Positions 53,867 through 55,381 of a stretch of 55,381 bases of DNA are shown here, in pieces. Origin of the DNA: a virus; IMG/VR virus record IMGVR_UViG_3300000302_000006, positions 1 through 55,381 of that record. One strand, written 5' to 3'. Below the pieces are notes generated by a model that was not told the DNA's origin, ran no database searches, and was given only the letters and a program-made list of their open reading frames with translations. A program made the position numbers and the translations under genes. Every line of letters starts with the position of its first letter. The first letter of the stretch is position 1.

Positions 53867-54092
53867 CTTCAACTTAAACTCAAAAGAATCTGCGGAAAAA
53901 CTGATTCGCCTTTGCGAAAAGTATCATGACAGCATGGAAGTTGATATTGTTCACGGACGGCAGACAGTAGACGGATGTAGCATCATGGGAGTAATTTCGC
54001 TTCTCGGTAATTTCGTAACTGTCAGACCGAATTGTGAAGATGAAAAGCTGATTCAGAAGTTTTCGGATGAATTGGAGAGGATAAAATGTTAG
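53859..54092 (+). CDS. HPr/Crh-like domain protein lacking the His15 site
   Basis: By-eye alignment to HPr: VDGCSIMGVISL versus [11 protein letters not shown] (Ser46 region conserved). The N-terminal GIHARPA equivalent is absent. Confidence 0.6.
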   Translation: MLSFNLNSKESAEKLIRLCEKYHDSMEVDIVHGRQTVDGCSIMGVISLLGNFVTVRPNCEDEKLIQKFSDELERIKC

Positions 54093-54466
54093 CAAATGTA
54101 AAGATTGAACAGGATAAGCGAGACAATATAACACATAAAGTAATTGTAAACGGAAGGGAAATTCAAAGAGTCAATCATATTGATTTTAACTTTGGTGTTT
54201 CTGAAGTTCCGCGAGTGAATGTTGGAATTGTCGGAGGGTTCGATTTTGAAGGAATGGCAGATATACACTTTGATTATTCACCCTATACCGTAAAAGAGTC
54301 CTGCGAAATTCTCAGAGACGAACTTCTGAAGCATGGCGATCTATATAGAGCGTTTTCATCAAGCATATATAGTGCATTACATGACCTTAAAGAATGCAGT
54401 TGGGTTGATGAAGTCGCTGATATTATATTAGACAGACTTATAGGAGGTGAACAGACGTGTACATAG
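54086..54466 (+). CDS. hypothetical
   Basis: ORF. Confidence 0.5.
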   Translation: MLANVKIEQDKRDNITHKVIVNGREIQRVNHIDFNFGVSEVPRVNVGIVGGFDFEGMADIHFDYSPYTVKESCEILRDELLKHGDLYRAFSSSIYSALHDLKECSWVDEVADIILDRLIGGEQTCT

Positions 54467-54735
54467 CATTTACGGAAGAACAGGCGCAGGAAATCAGAAG
54501 CCACGGAATTAGCGTTGTGCGATTTAAATGGATGATAAAAAACAGTATTAGCATAATTCAGTGGTACGGGATGCAACTTGGAAAAGCAATTCAGAAGTTT
54601 GCTGATGTTTTAAGTGATGCGCTCAGTAAGATTAAATCTGTGATTGACGAAATTCGTGATATTACAAGATGCAAAAAGAAATACGAATTTGTAAAGTATC
54701 TCAGCAAGTGTGGATGTTGTAATCGTCCAATATAG
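54457..54735 (+). CDS. hypothetical
   Basis: ORF. Confidence 0.45.
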   Translation: MYIAFTEEQAQEIRSHGISVVRFKWMIKNSISIIQWYGMQLGKAIQKFADVLSDALSKIKSVIDEIRDITRCKKKYEFVKYLSKCGCCNRPI

Positions 54736-54782
54736 ACAGCAGCACGGCATACATGGCTTGCGAGATGTAATATTTAAAATTA

Positions 54783-54890
54783 TGTGCGGTGGTGTAATTG
54801 GGAGCACGTTAGTCTATCGCGGTTCGATTCCGTTTTATGACTGTTGGGAGCATGACGTAAAAGGCGCAGGTTCGACTCCTGTCCGCACAA
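54783..54890 (+). ncRNA. aberrant 108-nt tRNA-like element with two T-arm motifs
   Basis: 7-bp acceptor pairing TGTGCGG/CCGCACA, D-arm GTGT-AATTGGGA-GCAC, terminal T-arm GCAGG-TTCGACT-CCTGT. An internal second D-loop/T-arm-like unit is present (TTGGGAGCA ... GGTTCGATTCC). No anticodon arm could be assigned. Confidence 0.4.
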
Positions 54891-54943
54891 TTCCGTGATA
54901 GTTGCAGTCACGGGCCAATGACTTTTTCCTCCTGAAATGGGTT

Positions 54944-55026
54944 CCGGCGTAGGTTTCAATGGATGAAACGCTTATCCGTACTTGATACGGGGTCAGAAAT
55001 GACAGGTTCGATTCCTGTACGCCGGA
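54944..55026 (+). tRNA. atypical 83-nt tRNA-like gene (anticodon ambiguous: UUG or UGA register)
   Basis: Acceptor CCGGCGT/ACGCCGG, D-arm GTTTC-AATGGAT-GAAAC, hairpin TCCGTA-CTTGA-TACGGG, 10-nt variable region, T-arm ACAGG-TTCGATT-CCTGT. There is an extra 5-nt linker before the anticodon hairpin. Confidence 0.5.
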
Positions 55027-55308
55027 ATTGGAATAAAAGTGTGATATCGTTTGAGCTCAATATACACATTTTTGTTTCAATAAAAAACCGTAGTAATAAT
55101 GTTTGGTAAATATGGAAGAGAGCAGTTTTATAGGCAATCCAAACAGCCTGAAACATGGTATTCCATGCCAGTTTTTCGCGGTATTTCTGGAAAATGCTGA
55201 AAAATGCAAAGAACCCTCCGATTCTGGATAACAGCAGAGGTAAAACAAACCAGATAGTGTCACGCATGGCACGATAAATACGAGTGCTAACCGTCAGATG
55301 GCGGTTAT

Positions 55309-55381
55309 GGCTCCCTCGTCTAAAGGTGAGGACAAAGCCCTTTCAAGGCTTAAATGCACGGTTCAAATCCGGCGGGAGTCA
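55309..55381 (+). tRNA. tRNA-Glu (anticodon TTC), spans the circular junction
   Basis: Acceptor GGCTCCC/GGGAGTC (one G-U), D region TCGTCTAAAGGTGAGGACA similar to bacterial tRNA-Glu, anticodon stem AAGCC/GGCTT with loop CTTTCAA. The T-arm needs a bulged A (GC-A-CGG TTCAAAT CCGGC). Confidence 0.75.
55328..55381. repeat. Terminal direct repeat, identical to 1..54
   Basis: Read directly. Confidence 0.9.

Noticed and set aside
54956-55272. Minus-strand ORFs encoding a hydrophobic 103-aa or 71-aa protein
   Set aside because: They have no Shine-Dalgarno sequence, and their 3' third runs antisense through the tRNA-like gene at 54944..55026. They may be a gene remnant, but this is not supportable.
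1-55381. Stop-codon reassignment with suppressor tRNAs, suggested by the phage tRNA cluster and the odd tRNA-like genes
   Set aside because: All large structural and replication genes (terL, portal, capsid, 1600-aa tape measure, ATPase) are intact under the standard code. None of the foldable tRNAs has a CTA, TCA or TTA anticodon.

Overview
The window is a closed phage genome. Its first 54 nt are identical to its last 54 nt, so the unique length is 55,327 bp, and a tRNA gene spans the junction. Gene content indicates a temperate siphovirus-type phage of a low-GC Gram-positive (Clostridia/Bacilli-like) host. Functions below come from motifs I recognise in the translations, gene order and DNA structure only; no database search was possible.

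Layout:
- 0.2-0.5 and 54.8-55.4 kb: tRNA cluster (Glu, Gln, Thr plus two aberrant tRNA-like elements).
- 1.4-26.6 kb: morphogenesis genes. These are TerL, portal, scaffold, a decoration protein with a probable -1 frameshift Ig-like extension, major capsid, neck, major tail, a G/GT chaperone with a TTTTTTC slip site, a 1600-aa tape measure with a lytic transglycosylase domain, and distal tail/fibre genes. An XhlA-holin-amidase lysis cassette is embedded between the head and tail genes.
- 26.6-29.3 kb: lysogeny switch.
- 29-43 kb: early, recombination and replication genes. These include a Rad50/SbcC-like ATPase, a RecT-like protein, an MBL nuclease, SSB, a GIY-YIG protein, a pentapeptide-repeat protein, a C5-methyltransferase split over two frames, and YopX.
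- 43.1-44.9 kb: xis, int and attP.
- 45-51.3 kb: accessory region rich in terminators.
- 51.3 kb: TerS, about 4.8 kb away from TerL.

Most interesting:
- A seven-gene cassette next to attP encoding Gln-, Tyr-, Cys- and Gly/Trp-rich proteins of unknown function.
- An RHH plus GIY-YIG-RHH module driven by three consensus promoters that each carry the same 14-bp box.
- A phased TAACA repeat array with an AT-rich block and a Z-DNA-prone tract upstream of a terminator-gated terS.
- Two aberrant tRNA-like elements.
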